Translations under genes and position numbers: made by a program | Shown: piece by piece, positions 18,164-27,041 of the stretch | How positions within the stretch are numbered: the first letter of the stretch is position 1 | How the letters are laid out: the number at the start of each line of letters is the position of its first letter | Assembly (NCBI GenBank): GCA_020341755.1 | Contig: CP070834.1 | Span: forward strand, 2,061,144-2,105,810 | DNA length: 44,667 nt | Direction of reading: 5' to 3' | From: a candidate division WOR-3 bacterium | GTDB lineage: Bacteria; Hydrothermota; Tepidihabitantia; SM23-42 | The notes under the pieces: model-generated | Database searches by the model: none | Told to the model about the DNA's origin: nothing | What the model saw: the letters and a program-made list of their open reading frames with translations, nothing else

Positions 18164-19342
18164 GTGAGGAGACTCGTGGTACATTCGTCGGAAACGACAC
18201 GGCGCGAACTCGAACGCATCGGTGTTGACCCTGAAGCGTTCGAGTTGTTCGTTGACAAAAGTATTCCCATGATTTTAAAATGTGAAGGGCTCTCCTGCGC
18301 CCAGGCGAATGTCCTCAAACAGACAGCACTCCTGTGCGGTGCCGATGTTGCCGTCGCACGAAGCGTATATCATACGGCGACCAGAAAAAAGACGTGTGCG
18401 CTCGTTTTTGCCAACCGACGGGAAATCAACCGTATGGTCGAACGATTGGCGGTTCAACCCTGGATGTCGGCTGTCAGAGAACAGTTGTCCGCGGCATTGG
18501 ATGCGGGTGATGCACCGATGCTGCGCTTGGGTGATGCCACGATCACGTTTACCCGGACGTACATCATGGGCGTGATCAATATCACCGACGATTCGTTCTA
18601 CCAGGGCAGTCGCTATACGGCGCAGGATGAAATCCTGCAGGTCGCCTGTGAGATGGAAACAGCGGGAGCGGATTTCATCGATATCGGCACGGAATCGTCA
18701 CGTCCCGGTGCGAAACCAACCTCGGTCAAAGCCGACATGAAAAAATTACAGCGCATTCTGCCCCAAATTTCGCGATCCGTGAAAATCCCCATTTCCATAG
18801 ATACGTACAAGAGTGAAATCGCATCGTATGCACTTGATAACGGAGCGACTATCATCAACGATATATCTGGCCTCCGTTTTGACCGCCGCATGGGGGAAAT
18901 CCTTGCCCGCAAGAATGCTGCGGTCGTGATCATGCACATGCAGGGAACACCCAGAACAATGCAGCGACATCCTTCATACCATGATTTAATGGGAGAAATC
19001 CATGACTTTTTCCGGAAGACCATCGAGACCATCTGTGACAAAGGTGTATCGAGAGACCGCATCGTCATCGATCCGGGGCTCGGTTTCGGCAAACGACTCG
19101 AGGACAACTACGAAATCATCAACCGGCTCGAAGAATTAACCGTATTCGGACGCCCCCTCCTTGTTGGTCATTCCAGAAAATCCTTCATCGGGAAACCGTT
19201 CGGTCTTGATCCCGGCGACCGTCTCGAAGGAACACTCGGGGTGCAGTCACTCCTGATTAAGAATGGTGCCAACATCATCAGGGTCCATGATGTCAAAGAA
19301 GCTAAAAAGGTTGCCCAGCTCATTGACAGGATAACACGATGA
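18164..19342 (+). CDS. folP: Dihydropteroate synthase with N-terminal extension
   Basis: MGVINITDDSF, ESSRPG, ISIDTY, INDISG, MHMQG, IDPGLGFGK, SRKSFI, RVHDV; start moved to GTG 18164 because the track's TTG overlaps the -10 box. Confidence 0.93.
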   Translation: MRRLVVHSSETTRRELERIGVDPEAFELFVDKSIPMILKCEGLSCAQANVLKQTALLCGADVAVARSVYHTATRKKTCALVFANRREINRMVERLAVQPWMSAVREQLSAALDAGDAPMLRLGDATITFTRTYIMGVINITDDSFYQGSRYTAQDEILQVACEMETAGADFIDIGTESSRPGAKPTSVKADMKKLQRILPQISRSVKIPISIDTYKSEIASYALDNGATIINDISGLRFDRRMGEILARKNAAVVIMHMQGTPRTMQRHPSYHDLMGEIHDFFRKTIETICDKGVSRDRIVIDPGLGFGKRLEDNYEIINRLEELTVFGRPLLVGHSRKSFIGKPFGLDPGDRLEGTLGVQSLLIKNGANIIRVHDVKEAKKVAQLIDRITR

Positions 19343-20094
19343 AGCTCTTTGGTTTCTTGCCGTTCCGGGCTATCGATATTGTGGACATACTGGTCGTGGC
19401 ATTTCTCCTTTACGAGTTCTTCAAGTTCGTCAAGGGCACGAAAGCCACCCCAATACTCGTAGGACTGGCACTTTTCTTTGTGGTATCTTTCCTTGCCCGC
19501 TGGCTCGACTTCAAAGCCCTATCCTTTATTATGAGTTCAATACTGGCGGTTTGGGTAGTTGCATTCGTTATCGTCTTCCAACCTGAGATAAGGAACGCAC
19601 TTGCACGCATCGGACGTCAGAGGTCGATTAAATTCTTTCTGAAGGTCGAAGAGACACCGGTGATCGAAGAGATTGTCGATGCGGTGAAAAAGATGTCCGA
19701 GGACAAAATCGGTGCGCTGCTTCTTATCGAAAAGAGCATTGGGCTCAAGGACATCATCGATACGGGTATACATATCGATGCCCAAGTGCGTTCATCGCTC
19801 ATACGTACGATCTTCTTTCCCGACACTCCCCTCCATGATGGTGCCTGCGTTATCCGCCGGGATACGATCGTCGCTGCCGGCTGTGTACTCCCGCTCAGTG
19901 AGAATCCCACGTTGAGCGGTAAGTTCGGATTGCGGCACCGGGCAGCTCTGGGTATCGCTGAGCAGAGCGATGCCGTATGCGTCGTCGTTTCCGAGGAGAC
20001 CGGTACGATCTCATTCGCCTACAAGAGCAAGCTCGTTACCAGGGTTGAAATAGATATTTTACAGCGTTCGCTGGAAAGTATTCTGAAGGAATAG
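19339..20094 (+). CDS. cdaA: Diadenylate cyclase CdaA/DacA
   Basis: 3 TM helices, VFQPEIR, PLHDGA, GLRHRAALG, VVSEETG. Confidence 0.95.
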   Translation: MKLFGFLPFRAIDIVDILVVAFLLYEFFKFVKGTKATPILVGLALFFVVSFLARWLDFKALSFIMSSILAVWVVAFVIVFQPEIRNALARIGRQRSIKFFLKVEETPVIEEIVDAVKKMSEDKIGALLLIEKSIGLKDIIDTGIHIDAQVRSSLIRTIFFPDTPLHDGACVIRRDTIVAAGCVLPLSENPTLSGKFGLRHRAALGIAEQSDAVCVVVSEETGTISFAYKSKLVTRVEIDILQRSLESILKE

Positions 20095-20169
20095 TGTGAT
20101 ATCAGAGGTTCGCACAACGCTGACGGACAGGAAGGTAACTTCTGTTAGCCGTCTGGCCCGGAGGGAGAG

Positions 20170-21000
20170 ATGACCAGAACGCATATTATCATTATCACCG
20201 TTGTGAGCGCCGCAATCATCATCGGCGTCATGGTCGGTGTGACCATGCTCAATATATCCGGCACCGGCACGGCGATCGGTGTCGTGGAGATGGTAGGCGT
20301 AATCAGCACGGCCGACTATACGGTCGACGATATCAAGAATTTCACCGAGGATCCTGCGATCGAGGCGATACTCCTCAGAGTTGATTCGCCCGGCGGAGGT
20401 GCCGCTGCCTCACAGGAGATATATGATCAGGTGGAAAAGGCAGCCCAGAAGAAAAAGGTGATCGTCAGTATGGGTGCGGTTGCAGCATCTGGTGGTTACT
20501 ACATTGCTCTGCCCGCGGATGTGATCGTCGCGAACCCGGGTACAATAACGGGATCTATCGGCGTTATCATGGAGTTCCCCGTGATCGAGGAACTCCTCGG
20601 CAAGATCGGCATCGATTTCGAGGTTATTAAGTCGAGAGATTATAAAGACATAGGTTCACCATACCGGAAAATGAACGAACGCGAGCGGGGGCTGCTTTCC
20701 GATATGGTAATAGATGTGTATGAACATTTCGTCGATGCAGTATCCCGTGACAGGGACATACCCAGGGATAGTATACTGAAGATCGCCGATGGAAGAGTAT
20801 TTTCCGGTCGACAGGCCAAGGCACTTGGCCTCGTCGATACACTCGGGTCGTTTGAGGATGCGGTTCTGATCGCCGGTGAATTAATTGGTACCGAGCATCC
20901 GCATTTGGTATACCCCCCAAAACGGTTGAGTCTCATCGATCTGTTCACGGCACCGATGGAGCATCTGTTAATACCGAAACTGTATTATCTCTGGCAATGA
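20170..21000 (+). CDS. sppA: Signal peptide peptidase SppA (short, 36K type)
   Basis: RVDSPGG, AASGGYYIA, TGSIGV, KDIGSP, DGRVFSGRQA..LGLVD. Confidence 0.93.
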   Translation: MTRTHIIIITVVSAAIIIGVMVGVTMLNISGTGTAIGVVEMVGVISTADYTVDDIKNFTEDPAIEAILLRVDSPGGGAAASQEIYDQVEKAAQKKKVIVSMGAVAASGGYYIALPADVIVANPGTITGSIGVIMEFPVIEELLGKIGIDFEVIKSRDYKDIGSPYRKMNERERGLLSDMVIDVYEHFVDAVSRDRDIPRDSILKIADGRVFSGRQAKALGLVDTLGSFEDAVLIAGELIGTEHPHLVYPPKRLSLIDLFTAPMEHLLIPKLYYLWQ

Positions 21001-21284
21001 TAATATCCCGGACGGCTGTACGTTCATTCTATTCCATCGGTATTCTCCTGATCGTACTCGCAGGGTCGAACGGCTGTTCGCAGACCCGAAGCCATCCCGA
21101 TCTGGCTGATTACCTGCGCGCAGAAAAGGAGTTACGGATACGGATAAAGCTCGAAGCTCAGATCCTTGACTCCCTGATCGCCCTGCAGAGGATTTACCGT
21201 ATCGACCCCGATGCCGAACTGGCAAAACTCTCCGACCGTCCAGAAATGTGGATAGATCTTATCGAAGAACTCAAGCGTGATTAG
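20997..21284 (+). CDS. Hypothetical small exported protein, possibly a lipoprotein
   Basis: Overlaps both neighbours in the operon; hydrophobic stretch followed by SNGC. Confidence 0.55.
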   Translation: MIISRTAVRSFYSIGILLIVLAGSNGCSQTRSHPDLADYLRAEKELRIRIKLEAQILDSLIALQRIYRIDPDAELAKLSDRPEMWIDLIEELKRD

Positions 21285-22128
21285 TAAATATTTCGGAGTG
21301 GTCGAGGGATTCTACGGAAAGCCGTATTCGTTTGCCCAGCGTATGGACCTTATTACCTTTTTACATCAGGTCGGGTTAAACATGTATATTTATGGACCCA
21401 AGAACGATACCTATCATCGAAAGTACTGGGACCATCCCTACCCGCATGCCCGGCTGGAGGAACTCGCGCGACTCAATGAACATGCACGACATAAGAACAT
21501 TTCTTTCAACTACGCCCTCTCCCCCATGACGAAACCGATCAGCAGGAAGATAATCGACAAATTAAGGACACTCGTCGATGTAGGCGTGCAGCAGTTCAGT
21601 TTATTCTTCGATGATATCAATGTTCCCCTTTCGGAAAAGACTGCCTTGCATCAGATAGCCACTACCCATGACGTCATGGCGTTCTTGAAGAAGAGTATCA
21701 AACGTCCCGTGCTTTTTTTCTGTCCAACCCAGTACTACGGGTTCAATAGAACGGACTATCTGACGACGATCCGCGATCGATTGCATAAAGACATCGATGT
21801 TTTTTGGACCGGTAGACATGTAGTTTCGCCGCGTATAACGGCTGAGGATATTCGGTTGATCAGTTCCCTTCTGGGGAGAGCCCCGCTTATTTGGGACAAT
21901 ATCTATGCTAATGATTATCTCCCGGGAGTTGTGTTTCATTATCCCTACCGTTACCGCAATGTGGCTGTCGTCCGGAAAACGCGGGGTGTTTTCATTAATC
22001 CGATGAACCAGTACCGGGCATCGAAACCGCTGTTATTCACCGCTGCGAAGTTCATTTCCAGCCCTACGACGTATGACCCTCAGGGTGCCTGGAAGACAGC
22101 AGTGCACGAGATGTCGATAAGGAGTTGA
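21277..22128 (+). CDS. GH84 O-GlcNAcase / beta-N-acetylglucosaminidase, catalytic domain only
   Basis: GVVEGFYG, YIYGPKND, FFDDI catalytic DD, FCPTQY, FWTG, IWDN. Confidence 0.88.
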   Translation: MISKYFGVVEGFYGKPYSFAQRMDLITFLHQVGLNMYIYGPKNDTYHRKYWDHPYPHARLEELARLNEHARHKNISFNYALSPMTKPISRKIIDKLRTLVDVGVQQFSLFFDDINVPLSEKTALHQIATTHDVMAFLKKSIKRPVLFFCPTQYYGFNRTDYLTTIRDRLHKDIDVFWTGRHVVSPRITAEDIRLISSLLGRAPLIWDNIYANDYLPGVVFHYPYRYRNVAVVRKTRGVFINPMNQYRASKPLLFTAAKFISSPTTYDPQGAWKTAVHEMSIRS

Positions 22129-22129
22129 T

Positions 22130-22822
22130 ATGCTATTTTTTATCATGATGTTCATCAGTACGAATGTTTTTCATGAAGCACATTTTTCTTCACTACCAGT
22201 GCGAGCAACGGGTTTTTTCTCGAACCCGGCAGGTCTCGGGCGGCAGCCGGGTTCTGAAGCACTGTTTGTTTATGACGAGGATTTTCTTATGGGAGCGGCC
22301 CTGCTTGGCTATGGCGGCTTGGGTGTCATAAAAACAGATACCGTATACCGTTTTGAAGCCGGGGTCGGGTACCGGTTGCCCGGAGCATTCAGTTTCGGGT
22401 ATGCGTACCAGTTCGGTGATACATCTTTGCACGCTGTCGGTGTGATCGGCACCGTATCACCGAAACTGAGTATCGGGTATAAGACGACGCTGGGCAGACG
22501 AAAACATATGTATTTCGGTATCAGTCTGACTCCGTTCGAACGGTACCTCGTTCTGAGCGGAGATTACGAGTACGAGGATATCGACGATATCCGCAATTAC
22601 TATTACGGCGTAATACTACAGCCAAAAGGGTTAGGTTTTAGTTTCAGCGCGGATCAGGATTTCAACTGGCGTGCCGGACTCATGGTTTCTTTTAGATATA
22701 TCAAAATCGCCGGTCTGTATATCGAAGAAAGTAACACATTCAGGTTTGGTGCAATCGTATCGGCTCAATCGTATGAATCGTTCCTGCCCGAGCCCACGGA
22801 AGAAACGTATTTCGATTTCTAA
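22130..22822 (+). CDS. Hypothetical outer-membrane beta-barrel-like protein
   Basis: Short signal peptide, NPAGL motif, alternating G/aromatic strands. Confidence 0.55.
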   Translation: MLFFIMMFISTNVFHEAHFSSLPVRATGFFSNPAGLGRQPGSEALFVYDEDFLMGAALLGYGGLGVIKTDTVYRFEAGVGYRLPGAFSFGYAYQFGDTSLHAVGVIGTVSPKLSIGYKTTLGRRKHMYFGISLTPFERYLVLSGDYEYEDIDDIRNYYYGVILQPKGLGFSFSADQDFNWRAGLMVSFRYIKIAGLYIEESNTFRFGAIVSAQSYESFLPEPTEETYFDF

Positions 22823-22877
22823 TATCCGTTGTCCTTATTGACGGATCGGCTCCTGACCTTCAGGACGAGCGCGGGTA

Positions 22878-24410
22878 TCATTTCACAACAACAAGTTTCG
22901 TTAGTGTCAGGTTTGACCGGTTGAATCGCAGGAAATATACACCAGCCGGCAGCAGGATAGGTCGACCTGCGTGCACCAGGTACAAGACCTGCTGACCGAT
23001 GCAATTGTATACCGATATCGGATAATCACCTCTATCCGAAGTTACCATTGAACACGGCATCCCGGAGATGATGCAATATCCAGCTGGTTTAGGAGATCGA
23101 TGCGGCACGGCTGCTTCCTGGACCGAGACATAGGGATTTGGCGTACCCGGGGTGCGCAGGGTGTAGTCATGGAAATCATTATAATTATTATCGGTGTCAT
23201 GACCGTCCGGGTACCTGCCGAGTACATGCCCCGACGAAACATCGCTAGCCGGTAACCACTCGCCAGAGAAATGCCAGCCATCGAGTTCACCATACCCCAG
23301 CGCATCGACGGGGATACCGTGATACCGGAGTTCGACATTATCGGGGCCGTTCTGCAAGTTGGCATTGCCCGTTACGGTGTCGGCATTTGGCACGGACGGG
23401 TCCTGGGCTATCACGAAGAATCCATCCGGTGGTATACTGCACCCGTGAAGGTCGATGGTTACGTATGCTGCACCGCTGGAGCCACTGATACCGGTAACGC
23501 TGAATCCATCGAGCGACCCTCCCTGCGCCCGGTAGAGCTCGATGAAGCATGACGTATCCGTACCGCTTGCATCATAGTACAGTTCATTAAGATTACAAGC
23601 CACCTCTCCGATATAACATGCGGCCGTATCCGAATAACATATTAGTCCTTCATCGTCGACGAATTTCATGAAGTAGAATACAGTATCACCGCTGGTCTGC
23701 TCGGGTATATGGAACACGCAGGTATCGTTATACATGATTGTATGCGTTAGGTCGTAGATGTTATAGAGATTGTTCACACCGAAAAACAGCGTATCGGCGA
23801 CGATAGTGCCGTTGTCAGTAACCCACGCATAGACCGAGATGCTGGTATCGGGTCCGGGATTCATCGGGGTGTGCCAGGCGCGTAAGACGAGCGGCGGCTG
23901 TTTGTCCGATGCCCGAAATTCTGCTCCGTCGAGGAAGAAAATCGCATCACCATCCCAGTTCGATGCGATATCATATGCCCGTATCATAACGAGAGCGGAT
24001 TCGGCATCCGGAGGTGATAGCACATCCAGCACGAGCTCCTGCCAGACGGTGGTATCATCGCTGTATACCGATGACCAGGCAGAACCGTCCGGATACCAGT
24101 ACACTGCCTGGCGAACCTGACCGGCGGGATCGTCATCATATATTTTCATGGAAAATGTATACCAGATATTCGGCTGGACAGAGAAACGACCTTGCAGGAG
24201 GTCTGCGTCTGACTGCAATTGCGTATACAGACTCTCTCTGGCACTGAACGATCCCTCGTAGACAATACCGGATTCCTGGAAAAGCGCGATACCACTATCA
24301 CCTGTCCAGTAATCAGGTAGACCACCGTTCCAGTTTTCAAAACCGGGATTTAGTAGCAGATTTTGTCCGTGGAGAAGGAACGCAACGCAGGTACAGTAGA
24401 ATATCTTCAT
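22878..24410 (-). CDS. Secreted protein: CBM-like N-terminus, lamin-tail-like domain, degenerate T9SS-like C-terminus
   Basis: NLLLNPGFENW, LNELYYD..GTD..FIELY, LQNGPD, GRYPDGHDTDNN..DF..TPG..N, VYNCIGQ..LPAGVYF. Confidence 0.65.
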   Translation of the reverse strand: MKIFYCTCVAFLLHGQNLLLNPGFENWNGGLPDYWTGDSGIALFQESGIVYEGSFSARESLYTQLQSDADLLQGRFSVQPNIWYTFSMKIYDDDPAGQVRQAVYWYPDGSAWSSVYSDDTTVWQELVLDVLSPPDAESALVMIRAYDIASNWDGDAIFFLDGAEFRASDKQPPLVLRAWHTPMNPGPDTSISVYAWVTDNGTIVADTLFFGVNNLYNIYDLTHTIMYNDTCVFHIPEQTSGDTVFYFMKFVDDEGLICYSDTAACYIGEVACNLNELYYDASGTDTSCFIELYRAQGGSLDGFSVTGISGSSGAAYVTIDLHGCSIPPDGFFVIAQDPSVPNADTVTGNANLQNGPDNVELRYHGIPVDALGYGELDGWHFSGEWLPASDVSSGHVLGRYPDGHDTDNNYNDFHDYTLRTPGTPNPYVSVQEAAVPHRSPKPAGYCIISGMPCSMVTSDRGDYPISVYNCIGQQVLYLVHAGRPILLPAGVYFLRFNRSNLTLTKLVVVK

Positions 24411-24444
24411 CGTCCCCTCCTCTTTCAACAACAGATATCTACGG

Positions 24445-24879
24445 CTATTTGTGTTTCGAATATTGCGTTACTGACCGCCAGCGGCGACCAGACACAATTT
24501 TCTTTAAAGAAAGCACTTGTATGAAACTGTTACCCTCCTTGATCACTCCCATAAAATAATTTTTTGAATACGTCAGCTCAGGGAACGGCGTCAGTTCTTG
24601 AGCTATGACGATGCCGTATACTTCATCGACCTTGAAGCCGATAAGTTTTTTCTGGACCACAGATATGATCACCTCGAAAGGATCACACGACTGCAGGTCG
24701 AGGAAGCGCGGTAGGTCATACAGGGGAAGTTTTTCCCGCCGCAGTTCGAATAGCCCGATCAGATTTTTGCTTTTTTTAGCCGGTCTCATGATACTCCGGG
24801 GACGCGCTACTTCTTTGATCTCACCGATCGGGGCAGCGAAATTGATGTCATTGATAATGAATTTCAGGTAATAGTTCAC
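24445..24879 (-). CDS. cheW: CheW-like coupling protein
   Basis: FAAPIGEIKEV, GLFELR..LPLYDL, IGFKVDEV. Confidence 0.75.
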   Translation of the reverse strand: MNYYLKFIINDINFAAPIGEIKEVARPRSIMRPAKKSKNLIGLFELRREKLPLYDLPRFLDLQSCDPFEVIISVVQKKLIGFKVDEVYGIVIAQELTPFPELTYSKNYFMGVIKEGNSFIQVLSLKKIVSGRRWRSVTQYSKHK

Positions 24880-26453
24880 TGAGCAGCCTGTATCTTCTTT
24901 AAAAGCCCCTCGAGTTTTACGGCAAATGAATTGAGGATCTGTGCCGTCGAGGTGAATTCCTGCATCGATGCCGTCTGTTCCTGTACTGCCGCAGAGACCT
25001 CCTCGGTGGACGATGCTGTTTCACCTGCGACTTTGGCGATATCTTCAACGCGATCGACGAGGTTCCGGGTATTGTCAGCCTGATGTGTGGCTGACTGGTT
25101 TATGCGAGAGATCATGTCGAAAACCAGGTCCACCGCCTTGACGATACCCGTGAACTGCTGTTCCGATTCGGCTGCCAGTGCATTCGCTTCCGTCGTTTTG
25201 TCACGCTCTGACAAGAGGAGCGCGCCCAGTTCCTGTATCGTTTTGTTTATCTCCATGATGAGGTTTTCGACTACCTGTGAGGAACGTTTCGTTTCGGTAG
25301 CGAGATTTCGGATCTCATCAGCGACCACGGCAAAACCTCTCCCCTGTTCGCCCACCCGTGCTGCTTCGATTGCCGCATTGATCGCCAGAAGATCGGTCTG
25401 TTCGTTGATGCTGGCAATAATATCGAGTATCTTTTTGATTTCACCGGACTGGTCCCGCAACTGGGTCATCTTGTCCTCGATGAACCGTGTTTGTTCGAAA
25501 ATTTCTTTGGACAGACTCGCTTCTTTCCTCGCCAGCTCCATACCATGTTTGGCTGACGTGGTCGTTTTCTGCGATGATACCGAGGCCATCTTTACCTGCG
25601 ATGAGATACCGGTGGTAAGTTTGTTGAGACCTTCTATGGATTGTGCGATGGACGTGATCGCGCCTGATTGTTCTTGGGCGCCTTTTGCGATATGCTGAAC
25701 GGTCGATGAAACCTCTTCGAGCGATGCATTCATCTCCTCGGAGGCAGCCGATAGATCTTCGGAAAGAGTTTTTATCTGTTGCCCCATTTCGCCGACCGAG
25801 CCGAAGGCGTTGCTGGTTTGTTTGATAAACGTGTTCAGCATGTGCGAGATCTTTCCATACGCGGTACCGGCAAGGTATTCCGACGCGACTTCGTGCCCGG
25901 ATTCAAAGGTCTGGCTCATGACCTTGCCGCTCAATTTCACAGGTTGCATGAGCACATAACCGGCGACTGCTGAAAGCGCGATGAGAACGAGGAACCAGAT
26001 GATCGCTCCGGGGAGGCTCAATACTATTGCCAGGAACATGCTGAATCCGGCGATAGAGAAGAACGTGAAGCCGGCTTCCAGAACCGGATCGAATCCTGAT
26101 TGTGCGAGACCGCCCGGTATTGCCAGGCGTGCGGCATGGTATACGGCAGACGCTGCCAGGGCACTGCTTACGATGCTGAGTATCGTTATCCATAACAGAT
26201 CGATAAGAACATAACCGGAAATGATACCTGCGACAAAGGCGGCGGCGATCGGTACGAGAAATGTCTGTAGCGTGTAGCGTCTGAGCGGTGCGTGTCTATC
26301 GACGGCGATATTAAAGATGAACAGCGTCAACATGAAGAGTGCATAGTAAAGAAATATCGGGCTCCAGATATTCAATTTTCTCGCCAGCAGGAACAGCAGA
26401 CCGATCTGCAATATGAGTCCCAGGATCGATAACGGCAGTTTGTATTTATGCAT
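24876..26453 (-). CDS. Methyl-accepting chemotaxis protein with polytopic membrane N-terminus
   Basis: INEQTDLLAINAAIEAARVGEQGRGFAVVADEIRNLA hairpin tip. Confidence 0.93.
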   Translation of the reverse strand: MHKYKLPLSILGLILQIGLLFLLARKLNIWSPIFLYYALFMLTLFIFNIAVDRHAPLRRYTLQTFLVPIAAAFVAGIISGYVLIDLLWITILSIVSSALAASAVYHAARLAIPGGLAQSGFDPVLEAGFTFFSIAGFSMFLAIVLSLPGAIIWFLVLIALSAVAGYVLMQPVKLSGKVMSQTFESGHEVASEYLAGTAYGKISHMLNTFIKQTSNAFGSVGEMGQQIKTLSEDLSAASEEMNASLEEVSSTVQHIAKGAQEQSGAITSIAQSIEGLNKLTTGISSQVKMASVSSQKTTTSAKHGMELARKEASLSKEIFEQTRFIEDKMTQLRDQSGEIKKILDIIASINEQTDLLAINAAIEAARVGEQGRGFAVVADEIRNLATETKRSSQVVENLIMEINKTIQELGALLLSERDKTTEANALAAESEQQFTGIVKAVDLVFDMISRINQSATHQADNTRNLVDRVEDIAKVAGETASSTEEVSAAVQEQTASMQEFTSTAQILNSFAVKLEGLLKKIQAAQ

Positions 26454-26997
26454 TTGTAACCTTCCAATCCGTAAGGGTACGGATGATCCCGACCGGATTT
26501 ATTATAGCCATAAAATCGTCCTCCAGGGCAAGTATCCCATCGATGAATGCGGCTTCTTCTTTGGTGTAGCAATCAGGAAGTGTGTGTATGAACCCCTCGT
26601 CAGACATGATGATCTTGACATCCGAGTCGATCAAAAGCCCGATCTGCTCTTTTTCGAGCATGGCGATAAGGCAGGTGTTCTCAACACTTTCCGGTCTATC
26701 CTCTCGCAGGAGATACGCAAGATCGACCACAGGGACAGAGGCACCTCGGAGATGTATAACGCCGGGGAATGCTTCGGGAAGGTGAGACACCGGTTCCACG
26801 GTGAATTGATGGAGTACTTCGATAATGCGATCTACATCAACGGCATATTTCTGTTTTCCCACGAAGAAAATAGCATAGCGCTTCAGGTCAGAACCTTGAT
26901 CTACCGCAGGGGCAGTTTTTACCTGCACCGCAGCACGGTTCCGCGTTTTCGTCGGTTTTTTTGCTTTTTTTTGTGATTTTTTCCTTGACGGCGGCAT
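26446..26997 (-). CDS. cheW: CheW coupling protein with basic N-terminal tail
   Basis: FFVGKQKYAVDV..IIEV, GVIHLRG..VPVVDL, IGLLID. Confidence 0.88.
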   Translation of the reverse strand: MPPSRKKSQKKAKKPTKTRNRAAVQVKTAPAVDQGSDLKRYAIFFVGKQKYAVDVDRIIEVLHQFTVEPVSHLPEAFPGVIHLRGASVPVVDLAYLLREDRPESVENTCLIAMLEKEQIGLLIDSDVKIIMSDEGFIHTLPDCYTKEEAAFIDGILALEDDFMAIINPVGIIRTLTDWKVTNA

Positions 26998-27002
26998 GTT
27001 TA

Positions 27003-27030
27003 ATTATCCGCGTATTTCAAATTTTGTCAA
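27003..27030 (-). promoter_or_regulatory. Promoter TTGACA-N16-GATAAT, 5 nt before ATG (leaderless)
   Basis: tgtcaa 27025-27030, attatc 27003-27008. Confidence 0.65.
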
Positions 27031-27041
27031 GTCCGAATTGC

